Origin: Pristiophorus japonicus
Taxonomy: Eukaryota
Assembly (NCBI RefSeq): GCF_044704955.1
Contig: NC_091989.1
Location: forward strand, 117,118,001-117,182,000
DNA: 64,000 nt
Direction of reading: 5' to 3'
Below, piece by piece: positions 36,494 through 48,636 of the stretch; the first letter of the stretch is position 1; each line of letters starts with the position of its first letter. The position numbers were made by a program, and so were the translations under genes. The notes beneath the pieces are model-generated. The model worked only from the letters and a program-made list of their open reading frames with translations, ran no database searches and had not been told where the DNA came from.

Positions 36494-39400
36494 ACACCGA
36501 GAGAACCCTCACAGCAGAGCAGCGCCTCAGTTGGGATGTCACGAGCATCTGTTTGCTGACTCTCTTGCGCCAATTCCAGTGTCAAGAAAATGGTGTCCTG
36601 AATCTCAGACACAGTGAAAGTTTGCCCCACAAGGACAACGGCTGTGCGCGGTGCTTCAAATTATACCTCCCAGAAGTTCCTAACTTAGGTTTGTGCCGCA
36701 GTTGATGGGCCCCACCAGGAATGTGTGCAAAGGTGAGGCATGTGCTCACCTTTGCCTTGCTTCAAATACCAACACACTTCTTCCTCATCCACAGTCAGAG
36801 GCGAGGGACCTGTGTGACTGCATTGGCTCAGTCAGCAACATCCTTCCATACAGCTGGTTACAGTGCTTTTACTCAATTTGGTCAATCACGTGCAGCAGAA
36901 CTTCCAAAACTTTAGCATCAACGGGAGTCTGTTTTCTACGTGCCCCTACCTACTGTTCCACAGTGGAAAATAAGCTCACTATCCTGCAACACCACAATTT
37001 CCTCTTTAAAAGCTGCTGCTTTGCTGCATTCTGAGCGCTCCAACCAAGCGTGCTACAGGCCAAGCTTTTTCTGTGTCAGTCCATTTAAATTAGTGGGGTG
37101 TGTGGGGTGGAGGTGGGGGGAGACTCCCATTGCAAAAATTCAGCATGCTTCCCCACCCCCTCAGAGATACCAGCCCAGGTGCCATGAGTCAGCACAATGC
37201 CATATTTGCCTGTCTCGCTAGATTGGGATCCTCATCTTCAACTGTTTAAAAGGAAGTTGGGCCAAATGTTCCAGCAAAGCTTTTAGGGAAATCTGCTACA
37301 AGACCACAATCACCTTTTGAAATACACCTTTTCCATTGTAAAACAGAATTCGAGTTGTTCATGACCTACTTATGCACTGCTTTAGTATGGTGGACTGGGC
37401 AATGATTATATAAAGGATTAAAAGCTCGGGCAATATTGGAGAATGGTGCTGAAGAACTCTACGAAACATAATTCACGCTTATTTTGAACTGGAAAGTGAA
37501 GGATGTTAGTCATACTTCTGTGCCCATTATTATAGGAATTATAGAATAACAGCAAATTATAGGAATATTTTTCCAAATGAAAGATTATATTTAATGAGAT
37601 CTTTGCAGAGAATGTTGCTGATACAGGTAATAGCGTAGCAGAGTCCGAGACTATAAGTGCAGTGTAAGTAGGAGGTAGACTTGAACACTCTATCCACAAC
37701 ACTTTTTGATCTTACGATATTATTCATGTATTGGGAATCTGTAAATGGTAATGCAGGCAGTTTAAAATAATGTGCTGGAACAAAAACATCAGAAATATTT
37801 TTTGCAGGTAATTCTTTCCTTTAGTAAAAACAGAAATGCTGGAAACAGACAACAGGTCCATCAGCATCAAAAAAAGAGAAGACAGGTTAATATTTTGAAT
37901 GTAGATATGAAGGTAGGAACAGAATACTGGAAGGTAAATAAGCCCCTTTATAGGACTAAACAAAACAAAAGAAGAAGAACTGGTACAAATCAAGAGTCAA
38001 TGTATATGCTAACCATCAGTTTTTTAAGCTGAAATTCAGAATTTCAACTCATGGAACTGAAGATTGTTTGAACCATTTGTTTCTCCTACTGAAGGTTGTA
38101 CATAAAAATCTTAAGATGAGTTGATGGTTTCTTAGAGTCACAGTTGCAGATAAATGTATTTAGTGTTTGGCCCCAAAGAAATCAGACATGACAAATATGC
38201 TGCTAAAATGCAGCTTTAGTGTTCCTCAAAGATGCTCGCTGTCACATGCTCAGCTGTTGTCTTATGCGATGTTTTTTTTTAAGACAAATTAAAGCTATTG
38301 TTTGAGATAAGGAGGTTACCCAGTGTAATTATTTTAACTGGCTTTACTTGAACAGTGTGTGGTGCGGACCACTGGCTTGTTTGTGTATGAGTCGCAATGC
38401 CCAGTTATGTTCTTTAACTTAGAAAGCTGCTTTTAGTTTGCTAACATACACGTGACTGAATCAGTTTCAGTCTTAACTGTACCAGGAAGCTGGGGTGATA
38501 ATGTTAGTTTAATGAAGATGCTGCAATACTAGTTGATCCATTAAGGCCAGCAAAAACTGGTTGATTGCATGCCTTTAAAGGTTGGCGGAATAAAGTGAGT
38601 ATTGATGAACTCTTATTTTCACTTGATGAGCTCGGTTTTTCACCTAGTGGCCTTTCAGCAGCAGATATTTAATCACAATGCAAATCATCATCATAGGCAG
38701 TCCCCCGGAATCGAAGAAGACTTGCTTCCGCTCTTAATATGTGTTCAAAGCAAAGGAGAGAGGATGACTGCTGCGGAAAAAGGAAGAATTCACAGTGTTG
38801 TAGCAGAGGGTACTGTTCTGACACGGGGGGTGGGGGCGAGTCAAAGTGTATCTAGAGAAAATAGGAGCTAAACTCTGCCACCTGAGCTGGTAGTGGATGA
38901 TGCTAAGACCGGCTACAAAAAGGAAGAGAGTTCTGTTCTCCAGCACAAATGTGCTCACAATATAAAAAATTACATTTTGCTCTGCCAGAGATATATCAAG
39001 CTTGCACTCGAACAGTTGCAGTTCATGTGGCGGAACAAAGGGATTTGGGTGCCGAGGTACACAGATCATTAAAAGCCAGTGCACAGGTACAAAAAGCAAT
39101 CTAAAAGGCTAATGGAATGTTGGCTTTTATCGCAAGGGGACTGGAATTCAAATGTCAAGAAGTAATGTTGCAGTTGTGCTGGGTGTCGATTACGTCATGA
39201 ATCCGATTCTCGCAGGTGTTCATCAGTCTCAGTTTTGGTTTTACTGCAGTGGGTTTATTTAAATGAAATTCCATTACGAGGTGGAAAATGCATCCCTGAT
39301 TCATGTCACTGTGACACACCAGGGATTCTTTAAAGTAAGTCGATGATGGATACTTCCAAGCTCTGCCAGTTCAGTTGGGTGGACAGCTGTGGCCTGTATT

Positions 39401-39639
39401 TAGCGCAGGACATACTGAGAGGTAAACTAGAGGAAATGGGTTCGGTCACAAGAGGGACAGGGTGGGATGCACCAAAAGAAAAAAAAGAAAGACTTGGATT
39501 TATATAGCATCTTTCATGACTGAGAATTAAAGGGGCCATGCACACTGAAGCAATACAAAATAAAATGAAGTGAATCAATACATTTTTCATCCCTTTCTGC
39601 CTTTTAAGGAATATTCCATGTTTAAAAAAAGTTCCAAAT

Positions 39640-40985
39640 GTGAATATTCAGCTGTTAAACCACAACAAATGGGTAAACTGCCTCAGCACTTACACAAAAG
39701 GCTCAGCAAGCCTGGGAAGGGACACCGAGAGTGTCACAAGCAGCACTCCAGCTTTGTACAGGGGGCCAACACTGCAAGAGCCACAGGGGCCAGGAGGCCA
39801 TCCAGAAAAAACAATGTGGGAGTACATCACTAAGGCTGTCACTGTCAGCAGTGTTGCCCACCACCTGGCTCCAGCGCTCAAAGAAGCTTCATGACCTCAT
39901 ACCACTGGTCAAGATCAGCAAATGCATCATCAAAAGTCGTCTCCTACCAACTGCACCACTAGCCTCACACACTGCTCAATGCACAACCCCCAATCACTCA
40001 GCAACCAATAATCTGCACCAAGGACGAGGCACATCTCACCCCCTTGGAGGAGACGCAACAGGACATTCTTGGCAGTGGCATGGTTGAGCACTTGGCCAGC
40101 GGCGGGGTTGAAAGATGCGGGTATTCTCGTACATTATCCCCATTCTGGCATGCACCTCTTGCTTTTCCACCCTCCCGTCAGCACAACTCCATCCTTGTGT
40201 CTTCCTCATTTCACACACCCAGGAAATGCAGCCTGCCCAGCCAGTGGGCCAACAAGAAGAGGCAGCCTGCCCAGCCAGTAGGACCGCAGGTGGATGATTT
40301 CATCCCGGCTACAAAGAGGCTGTCTGGAATGCATCTTTCAGTCTGATTCTTCCTCTTCTGCGTCTTCCTCTTCCCTCTGCAAGCAGATGCTGTAAGTGTG
40401 AATGACAGCATAAAATGCAGGAAATACTCCGTTGGTCAGGCAGCATGTCAACCTGAGACGTGAACTGTGTTTTTCTCTCCATGGATGTTGTGTGATCTGC
40501 TATTCGCAGCATGTTCTGTCTTCTCAAGGGCCTTCTTTTACCATCCGAGCCCTTGCAAACTTCCAGCCACACTCACTACATACTTAAAAAGCTTTTTACA
40601 TCTATTGCAGCAAGCCACCACTTCAATAAAATTTAAAAAAAACAGTCCAAACCCTTAAATTCAAACTTACCTGAATGATGTGTGTGTCCCTTTAAGAGCT
40701 GCAGATATCGCCACTATAAGCCTGCTTGCACTCCAGGTTAACTTGGCATGCTTAGATCTCAGCGCTGAATTCAGTGCTAGGGTCGAAGTTCACACTGATG
40801 ACGTTAAGTCAGTGTCACATGCCGATTGACGTCATCATGCCGGCAGTTACTGGCTTCACAAAGGGGGAGAGGAATATGGCCGCCGCCGCAGGAACCGCCA
40901 CCAGCTGGCGGAAGAGCAGCAGCCACCATTTTATCGCCATTTCATGATGCTTAGGAGTGTCGGTAAGTAGATGAATTTCTAGCCC
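39640..40985 (+). mobile_element. Degenerate Harbinger derivative with Myb/SANT remnant
   Basis: WEYITKAV...KKLHDL (Myb/SANT-like, ~39815-39900); right end GAATTTCTAGCCC is TIR-like. Confidence 0.5.
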
Positions 40986-41122
40986 TACATCTATCTTAAT
41001 CACAACCATGGAGTACTTGGTGCTGAGTCTGAGTGAAAAACAAAAAGAAAAAAATCTTCCAGCATTGATATCCCCTTTCTCAATGAACAAAAAATGTAGC
41101 TTTTTAAAAATTGAGTATAGTT

Positions 41123-41750
41123 TATAAGAAATAGGAACAGGAGTAGGCTCTACGGCCCCTCGAGCCTGCTCCTCAATTCAATAAGATTATGGCTGATCTG
41201 ATCATAGACTCAACTCCACTTCCCCGCCCAACCCCTTATCCCCTTATTGTTTAAGAAACTATTTCTGTCTTAAATTTATTCAATGTCCCAGCTTCCACAG
41301 CTCTCTGAGGCAGCGAATTCCACAGCTTGACTGAATTTTGCTTATCCAAATGTCTTGCTACTGCTTCTTTAATAATGGACTCCAACATTTTCCCAACCAC
41401 AGATGTTAGGCTACAGTTTCCTGCTTTTTGTCTGCCTCCTTTTTTAAATAGGGACATTACATTTGCAGTTTTCCAATCTGCTGGGACCTCCCCAGAACCC
41501 AGGGAATTTTGGTAAATTACAACCAATGCCTCCACAATCCCTGCCACTACTTCTCTTGAGACCCTAGGATGCAAGCCATCCGGTCTAGGGGATTTATCTG
41601 CCTTTAGTCCCATTATCTTACTGAGTGCCACCTCCTTAGTGATTGTGATTGTGTTAAGTTCCTCCCCCGCCCCTTAGCCCCTGGACTATCCACTGTCGGA
41701 ATATTGTTAGTGCCCTCTACCGTAAAGACTGATACAAAATATTTGTTCAT
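41123..41750 (-). mobile_element. CR1 fragment with large internal deletion
   Basis: ORF 41251-41631 joins GLKADKSP..LESIIKE directly to LWNSLPQRAVEAG; CR1 tail at ~41123. Confidence 0.85.
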
Positions 41751-41981
41751 TAGACATTCAGAATTTGACTGAAGATATATGGTTTCTCATTTTGTTTGGG
41801 GTGGGGTGAATAAAAATTAACTTTAAAGATGGATTTACCAATTTTGCATGTCTGGTAGCGAACCTCATCTGGCAGGAATGCATAGCAAAAAAAAATTAGA
41901 CGCACACTGGACTTAACTTTGTCCATTCACTGCAAATATGGTAGAAGAATCAGTTTTTTTTTAACCATTTTCTTTTTGCAG

Positions 41982-42060
41982 GTGCTGTATAAAGTGTTCA
42001 ATTCTTTCGCGGGAATTGGCGCAGAAAATATACGGGCTTTGGATTGTGTCAAGGGCGTAG
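41982..42060 (+). CDS. SLC9A5: SLC9A5 (NHE5)-like internal exon (exon 4 equivalent), 79 bp
   Basis: Acceptor tctttttgcag, donor gtaaga. Translates VLYKVFNSFAGIGAENIRALDCVKGV, matching the NHE5 segment VLYKVCNSF...DYLKGV. Phase 0 to 1, in frame with the next exon. Confidence 0.85.
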
Positions 42061-42916
42061 GTAAGAAAATTCAGTAAAACCCAATGTACTATCTGAATGA
42101 AACGGCTGTCTATGTTTGAGATGTTGGTTCACACCTGCGATCACTCCCATTGCCAAGTTTTGAATTTATTCTGTGAAGGCACGGAACTGAAGGCACTTAC
42201 CTCCCTATTAGATCTAAGGGAGAGTCATCATTTGGTCATTATTTGTACTTCTTAACAGCCAGTTCCCAGACCTGGGAACAAGTTGGCTCTCCGATGCAGA
42301 AGACATCTGATCTAGGAATGGGATCTGTGAGCGAACCAAAGATTGGAGCAAAAGTGGCAGCTCTGTAAAAAAGGGAACATTCGGGAGGAGCAGTTTATAC
42401 CACCCAATGTGTATTAGAGTGGAATCTGGATGTAGTGATCTTCTTTTGACTAGTCACTTCTAACATTCAAGATCTGATTTCCAAAACTAAAACCCATCTG
42501 ATACTATGTTATCAAGACTATTTATAGTGATAAGTGCAGCCTGCTTGTAATGATCACTTTCACATCTGTTGAAAGACAATTGCCTGCTTTTTAAACATTG
42601 CTAATGTGCCTATGAATTAATCCTGAGGGTGATGCAATGACCTGAGCAGCAAAATAAAGCCCTTTTATACACTTCAGCATGGAGATTCTGAATGTCATCC
42701 AAAAAAGACACTACCATTGTAGAAAAATCCATCATTATTCATATTATATCTGAAAAAAATGTTTTGCCAGGTTAGCTTGAAATTAACTGTTCGCCCCCCC
42801 AAAAAATATAACTTGGCTCAGGAGAGAAGCAATGTTGGGGTTGAAAGTTACTGGATTTACAAACTAGGGAACTAAACGGACAACATAAGTCGCTAAGTTT
42901 CTGTTTGTTTCTCTAG

Positions 42917-43094
42917 GTTCAATCTTCGTGGTGAGTTTGGGTGGAACTGCGGTAGGAATTGTGTTTGCCTTTGTGCTGGCCCTCATCAGCCGCTTTACCA
43001 AGCGGGTCCGCATCATTGAGCCACTCTTCATATTCCTGCTCGTTTACCTGGCCCATCTCACAGCTGAAATGATCTCGCTCTCCTCCATCTTGGC
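42917..43094 (+). CDS. SLC9A5: SLC9A5-like internal exon (exon 5 equivalent), 178 bp
   Basis: Acceptor tttctctag, donor gtaagt. [60 protein letters not shown]; [11 protein letters not shown] is NHE5-like. Confidence 0.9.
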
Positions 43095-43439
43095 GTAAGT
43101 TGATTTCATCCCCATTTATTCACGTTTAATCATGCCAGTATCATGCTATCCAGTGCTGACCCTCGCCAGTGTTTGCAGAGTCAGTGAGAGGGCATTAGCA
43201 TTAAGGGTAGGAGGCCTGGGAGCTCCTCCTTGACACGGGTTGCGGGTAGGGAAGAAAAAGGTAGAAGAACTGCCCATGGCCCTGCCATAGGAAATGGCTG
43301 GAGCTAAAAATAAGGGCGGAATCCAGGCACAACCTGGTCCTGTCTCATTTTCCGATCCCTTGATTTGAGATCTGCCCCAGTTGCACTTTAGCCTGGACTG
43401 TGGGTTCTATGATTTCCAGTAACAGTTCTCCTTTCAAGG

Positions 43440-43820
43440 ATTGAGTCTCAAAGTGCTTTACAGCCAATGAAGTACTTTTGCAGTGTAGTCACTTGTAATG
43501 TGAGAAATGCGGCAGCCAACTTGCGCACAGCAAGCTCCCACAAACAGTAATGTGATAATGACCAGTTAATCTGTTTTTTGCTGTTATGTTGATTGAGGGA
43601 TAACTAATGGCCAGGACACTGGGGCTAACTGCCCTGCTCTTCTTCGAAATAGTGCCATAGGATTTTTTACATCCATCTGAGAGAGCAGATGGGGGCTCGG
43701 TTTAATATCTCATCCAAAAGATGGCACTTCCGACAGTGGAGTGTGCGACTAGATTTATGTGGTGAAGTCCCTGGAGTGGAACTTGATCCCACAACCTTCT
43801 GACTTAGAGGCGAGTGCTCT
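43440..43820 (-). mobile_element. DeuSINE (SacSINE1-like)
   Basis: Reverse complement of the Deu core and tRNA head. Further - strand copies at ~44590-44857 and ~59165-59602. Confidence 0.8.
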
Positions 43821-43986
43821 AGTTAGTTAAGAAAATCTTCTTGGTTGGATCTGAATTGTATCTATTTGGAACTGACTGGAATTTCAACTAAATGAGACTC
43901 AAAATGTTTCCAGAAAAATATATGACAGATATAACTTCAGATTGTCTAAGAACTATGTCTAAGCAAGATTTTGTCTCTACATCTAG

Positions 43987-44207
43987 CGTAACATTCTGTG
44001 GTCTGTGTTGCAAAAAGTATGTGGAAGCTAACATCTCACAGAAGTCTCGCACAACTGTCAAGTATACAATGAAGACTTTAGCCAGCAGTTCAGAAACAAT
44101 CATCTTCATGTTGTTGGGAATCTCCGCTGTGGACACCTCGAAGTGGACCTGGGACACAGGTTTAGTGCTCTTCACACTTCTCTTCATATTTGTCTTCAGG
44201 GCAATAG
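43987..44207 (+). CDS. SLC9A5: SLC9A5-like internal exon (exon 6 equivalent), 221 bp, GC donor
   Basis: Acceptor ctacatctag. [73 protein letters not shown]. Ends ATAG|gcaagt; this boundary keeps frame with the next exon. Confidence 0.9.
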
Positions 44208-45336
44208 GCAAGTATTCTTGTTTTCTATATGCCCTCTACCCCTACTCCTTTAGGTCTCTCAGACAGTAGGTATCTGTCAATGCCACTGTAAACCAGTAGT
44301 GAGTAGATGCGTGAGAGTGCCCTGGGTTCATTTGATCCATCATTTTCACCTCCCTCTTCCAGAGGGTCCACCTGAGATCAGAAGCACACAAGGCAAAGTA
44401 AATTTATATCCCACCAGTGAGTGGTCAGTATATTAGTAAACTACATACTGCACAGCAAGCTGACTGGATAAGCCAGCCTAAGGAACTTAGTAATATAAGC
44501 TCGGGGAAATCAGAAATATTTCCACATGTGATGCTTTATTTGTGGTTGAGTAAAGAAAGAATGATCTTTCATTTATTTAGCACCTTATTACCACCTTAGG
44601 CCACCAATGGATTAGTATTGAAGTGCAGTCCCTACTGACATGTCGGTAAATGCAGCAGTCGGTCTACACAAAACAAGCTCTCACAAGCAGCAAGTGCATG
44701 AATGACCAGCTCATTTGATTATGGTGCTGCTGGTTGAAAGAGCCACAGGCTAGGACACAGGAAGAACTCTGTTTCGAATAGTGCCTAGGGATCTTTTACG
44801 TCCATCCGAAGAGACACACAATGCCTTGATTTAACATCTCATCCAAAAGAATGCCTCCTTAGGAATTCCCTCTCACCTTTGTAAGTTCTGGGGTCTTCAC
44901 CTGCCTCTTACAAGGAAAGTGATGCAGTGAGGTGGGGGAGGGGGGGTGCGTGCGCAAGGGGCGGGTGGTGTGTGGGGGTGGGGGGCATTGTGATTCCCTG
45001 CAACCTAAGCCTTGCAGAAATTGGAGGCACCTTTGCCCCCAGTGGGAAGAGGCCTCTTCCTCAACAGTTGTGGGAACCACGTTGGGGATCAATGCCAGTG
45101 AATGTAATGCGCCCTCAGTACAAAAGCGGGGGGTGGGTGCTGAATCGGAATGTTTCTGGAGGGGCCCTGACACCCCTTACCCCCTCAGTCTGGGCAGCAC
45201 GGCCATATTTGGTAGCGGCCCAGATGTCCTCTTACTGGCACAGGTGCTCACCAGCAATATTTAAGTAGGATGATTTGCTAACCGGAGATTTGTCTTTCTG
45301 ATGAGAAATCATTTTGTATTGGGGCTTCCCCTAATG

Positions 45337-45511
45337 CAATGTTCCCTCTAAGCTTCGCACGTGCGTGGCTGCGCAGTTATCTGAAAGGTCCCGTACGGGC
45401 CGCTCACAAGCTTTTACATTGGAAATACCGTGCATGCGCAGAAATGTAAAGGGACCGTGCATTGAAAAAAAGAGGCTGTGCAGAACAAAGTGCAGCTTAC
45501 AGGGAACATTG
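45337..45511. mobile_element. hAT-type MITE
   Basis: TIR CAATGTTCCCT(C/G)TAAGC; perfect 8-bp TSD CCCTAATG. Confidence 0.9.
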
Positions 45512-46771
45512 CCCTAATGTCTCTGGTACCTACAGTTTTCTGTTACTTTTTGATTAAGATAAATAGGGATCGAATTTCTACCGTGACGGTTTGCTTTTAC
45601 ACACAATGTACATTTAATTATTAATATTCTTTAACTTTTTGGCCGGTGGGCCACTTGCTTGTTAAAAGTTATTATCTTCTTGGAACTAGTAGACATGCAG
45701 TACATGATTTGTCCAATTGTGGCTTTTAATCAGTTTCACTGTTAATTTATTTTTTTGTCAAAAAGTGTGAATTCAACTTATTTACTATAAAATCTGATCA
45801 CAATCTCATCCTGCTTATATTCTATAAGTGTAATTTAGTCAGTGGTGCAACTTTTTAGTGTATTTTTTTAAAAACAAAATGACTGCAAAAGATAGGGGAA
45901 CAATTTTTACATAGACATGACTTAGATGCCATATTTAGGAAATGTTCTAGGGACAAGCACTGACTCGCCAACAATGTTTCTATTATGAATTCACTTAACT
46001 TTGGTATTTTCTTTGGTTCAGCGTTATCGGTTACACCTGTAAGTGGATCTTCTCAACCTCCATGAATTGAAGAGCACCCTTACTACCCATTATTGGGTTA
46101 AACAATAGAATGACCACAAGATTGTAAAATACCAATCTGGATCCTGTAATCTTGTATGCATTGTTATGTGTATTCACATACCTTTTCAGAAGGAGGCTGA
46201 AAGCACACGAGTGTGCTGAGGTCAATCATGAACCAATAGTTAATTTTACATGAAATATAGGAATGAACAAAGATATCTATTTCCTACCGCTACTCATAAT
46301 ATCAAAATAATAAATAAGTGACCGTGTCCATTATAGACTGGACCATGCACATTATAGGCTCAATTCCCAGCTGGCAGCCTCTGTATTAACTGGCGCTAAC
46401 TTTAGAAAGTGAAACCTCTCTGTCTTAATTTGACAGTTTTGGACTGGCTTCCACAGAGATGGAGAGACAAAGGCTGACATTTGACCCTTCCCTTAGTTCT
46501 CTGTTGAGGATTGACTTGGGTTGGTAATTGGTTGTGAGGTGGGAGACAGAGAGTAAGGATAAAGGGAATGTACTCTGATTGGTGGGATGTAGCAAGTGGT
46601 GTTCCTCTGGGATTTGTACTGGGGCCTCAGCTTTTCACCATATATATCAATGCCTTGGATGAAGGAATAGAGAGCTGTACATCCAAGTTTGCAGATGGCA
46701 CTAAATTAGGAGGCACAGTAAGTAGTATAAATGGGAGTAGAAAGTTAAAAAGGGTCATAGACAGATTCAGT

Positions 46772-48596
46772 GGCCCAAGTTTCAGGCAGCCCCGACCTGG
46801 CGCCTGTATTTCGCGCCCGAAAGTGCGTCAAAAAAATACCTTCAGATTCTCCGGCTCCCTGCAGGTTCTTTGGAGCTTGGTGGGGCGCAGCACGAGCTGT
46901 GGGGGGCGAGCCAGGTCCATGCGCTGAAATCAGTGCCGGAACCTCTGCACAGGCGCGCTACAGTGGGCGCGCATGTGCAGTAGCTCCAGGCACCCGAAAC
47001 TGTGTGGGAGGGGCCCAAACCACGCCGACCCTAGCCCTGGCCGAATGGGCTCACTGGGGCGACGAAGATCAGGCTGCACCTCCCTCGTCCAGCTCCTGCT
47101 CTGGTTCCAGCTGCCTCCCCTGTTCAGCTGGCTCTCTCAACCCCCCACCCCCAGCTCCCGCTCCGCTGCCCACTACCCCCCTCCCAGCTCCTGCTCCCCC
47201 CCCCCCAGCTCCCGCTCCGCTGCCCGCTCCCACCCCCCCCCCCAGCTCCCGCTCCGACCCCCCTCCCCAGCTCCCGCCCAACCCCGCCCCCAGCTCCCGC
47301 TCCGACCCCCCCCCCCAGCTCTCGCTCCGACCGCCCAACTCCCGCTCCGACCCAGCTCCCGCCCCGACCCCGCCCCCAGCTCCCACTCCGACCCCCCCAC
47401 CCAGCTCCCGCTCCACCCGCCCCCCCCCAGCTCCCGCTCCGACCCCCCTCCCCAGCTCCCGCTCCGCTCACCCCCAGCTCCCACACCGCTCCCCCCCCCC
47501 AGCTCCGGCTTCCCCCAGCCACCTACCTTTAACTCCGGTCCGCTCTCTCTTCCTTCAGCGGGGCGTGTCTGCCCGGCATCTTGCTGGGGGCGGGGCCGTC
47601 GGCCGGGCCCGTTCAGCCTCCTCCATCTCCTCTCCCCCTCCCCCCCTCCCTCTCACCCTCTCCTCCCTCCCTCTCCTCTCCCCCTCTCCTCCATCTCCTC
47701 TCCCCCTCTCCTCCCTCCCTCCCTCTCTCTCCTCTCTCCCTCCCTCCCCCTCCCTCCCTTCCTCTCCCCACCCTCCCTCCCTCCTTCTCCCCACCCCTCC
47801 CTCCATCCCTCTCCCCACTCTTCCCTCCCTCCCTCTCCCCACCTCTCCCTCCCTCCCTCTCCCCAACCCTCCCTCCCTCCCCCTCCTCCTCCCCCTCCCC
47901 ACCCCCTCCTCCTTCCCCCCCCTCCTCTTCCCCCCCTCCCCTCGCTGTCAGAAACACATAGATACTGACAGACAGAGAGAGACACTGACACTGACAGACA
48001 GAGAGTGAGAGAGAGACACACAGACAGACAGAGAGAGACACACAGACAGACAGAGAGAGAGAGAGAGCGACACTGCGAGGCCCCGTCCCAGTACGTTGTT
48101 GGAGAGCTGCAGTCGGTGAGTAGAACATTTTTTATTTATTGATTTTTAAATTTTTTTAATTTTTTATTAATTTTTTTTGATTGATTTATTGGTTGATTTA
48201 TTGATGTATTTATCATTTATTCTTTATGATGGCTCTTTATCTGTAAAACTGAAGTGTTTAATGTTTGTAAACTTCCCTTCCCCCCCCCCCCACCCTCCCG
48301 TTCCCTACGCCTGATTTTTAACCTATGCCTGATTTTCTAAGTGTAGGCAAGGTTTTTCTGAGTGTACAAAAATCTAAGTTAGATTGGAATAAGTTTTCAC
48401 TGCCTAAACTTTCAAAACAGGTGTAAGTGGCCGGACATGCCCATTTTTGAAAAGAAAAATCTGTTCCAAACTGAAACTGTTCTAACTGACTAGAACTGGA
48501 GCAAACTAAATGCCGAGTATTGCAATTTCTAAGATACTCCATTCTAAACCAGTTGCTCCAAAAAAACAGGAGCAACTCAGGCCGAAACTTGGCCCC
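46772..48596. mobile_element. Harbinger-type non-autonomous element related to 11462-12916 (opposite orientation), with low-complexity interior
   Basis: TIR GG(C/G)CCAAGTTTC; arms share the gagttgctcc..ttttttggagcaac hairpin and the ccta..cc.ggccgaatgg motif with 11462-12916. TSD imperfect (AGT/ATT). Confidence 0.8.
47140..48070 (+). repeat. C-rich minisatellite (cccccagctcccgctcc), CT tract and (GA/CA) microsatellite
   Basis: Directly visible. The Pro-rich and Gly-rich ORFs here are composition artefacts. Confidence 0.9.
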
Positions 48597-48636
48597 ATTG
48601 AGTGGACAAAACTGTGGCATATGGAGTTCAATGTGG

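Larger units (their letters stand above)
33600..36950 (+). pseudogene. Ancient fragmented Harbinger transposase, interrupted by younger inserts
   Basis: Collinear pieces: RCFHFTRK...LCHLLQNGL (~33780), QSAAH..FSREKTFIVFPM (~34525-34605), FMNRKSLHLTIVQVVSDHRNIILHISGCYSGSS (~36015-36115). Each aligns by eye to the 15104 transposase. Confidence 0.65.

Noticed and set aside
40380-40520. Hammerhead ribozyme in Penelope-like fragments
   Set aside because: No intact CUGANGA...GAAA core is visible in these fragments.
46770-48128. Long Pro-rich and Gly-rich ORFs (412 aa, 331 aa and others)
   Set aside because: They come from C-rich low-complexity DNA lacking stop codons, inside a TIR element.
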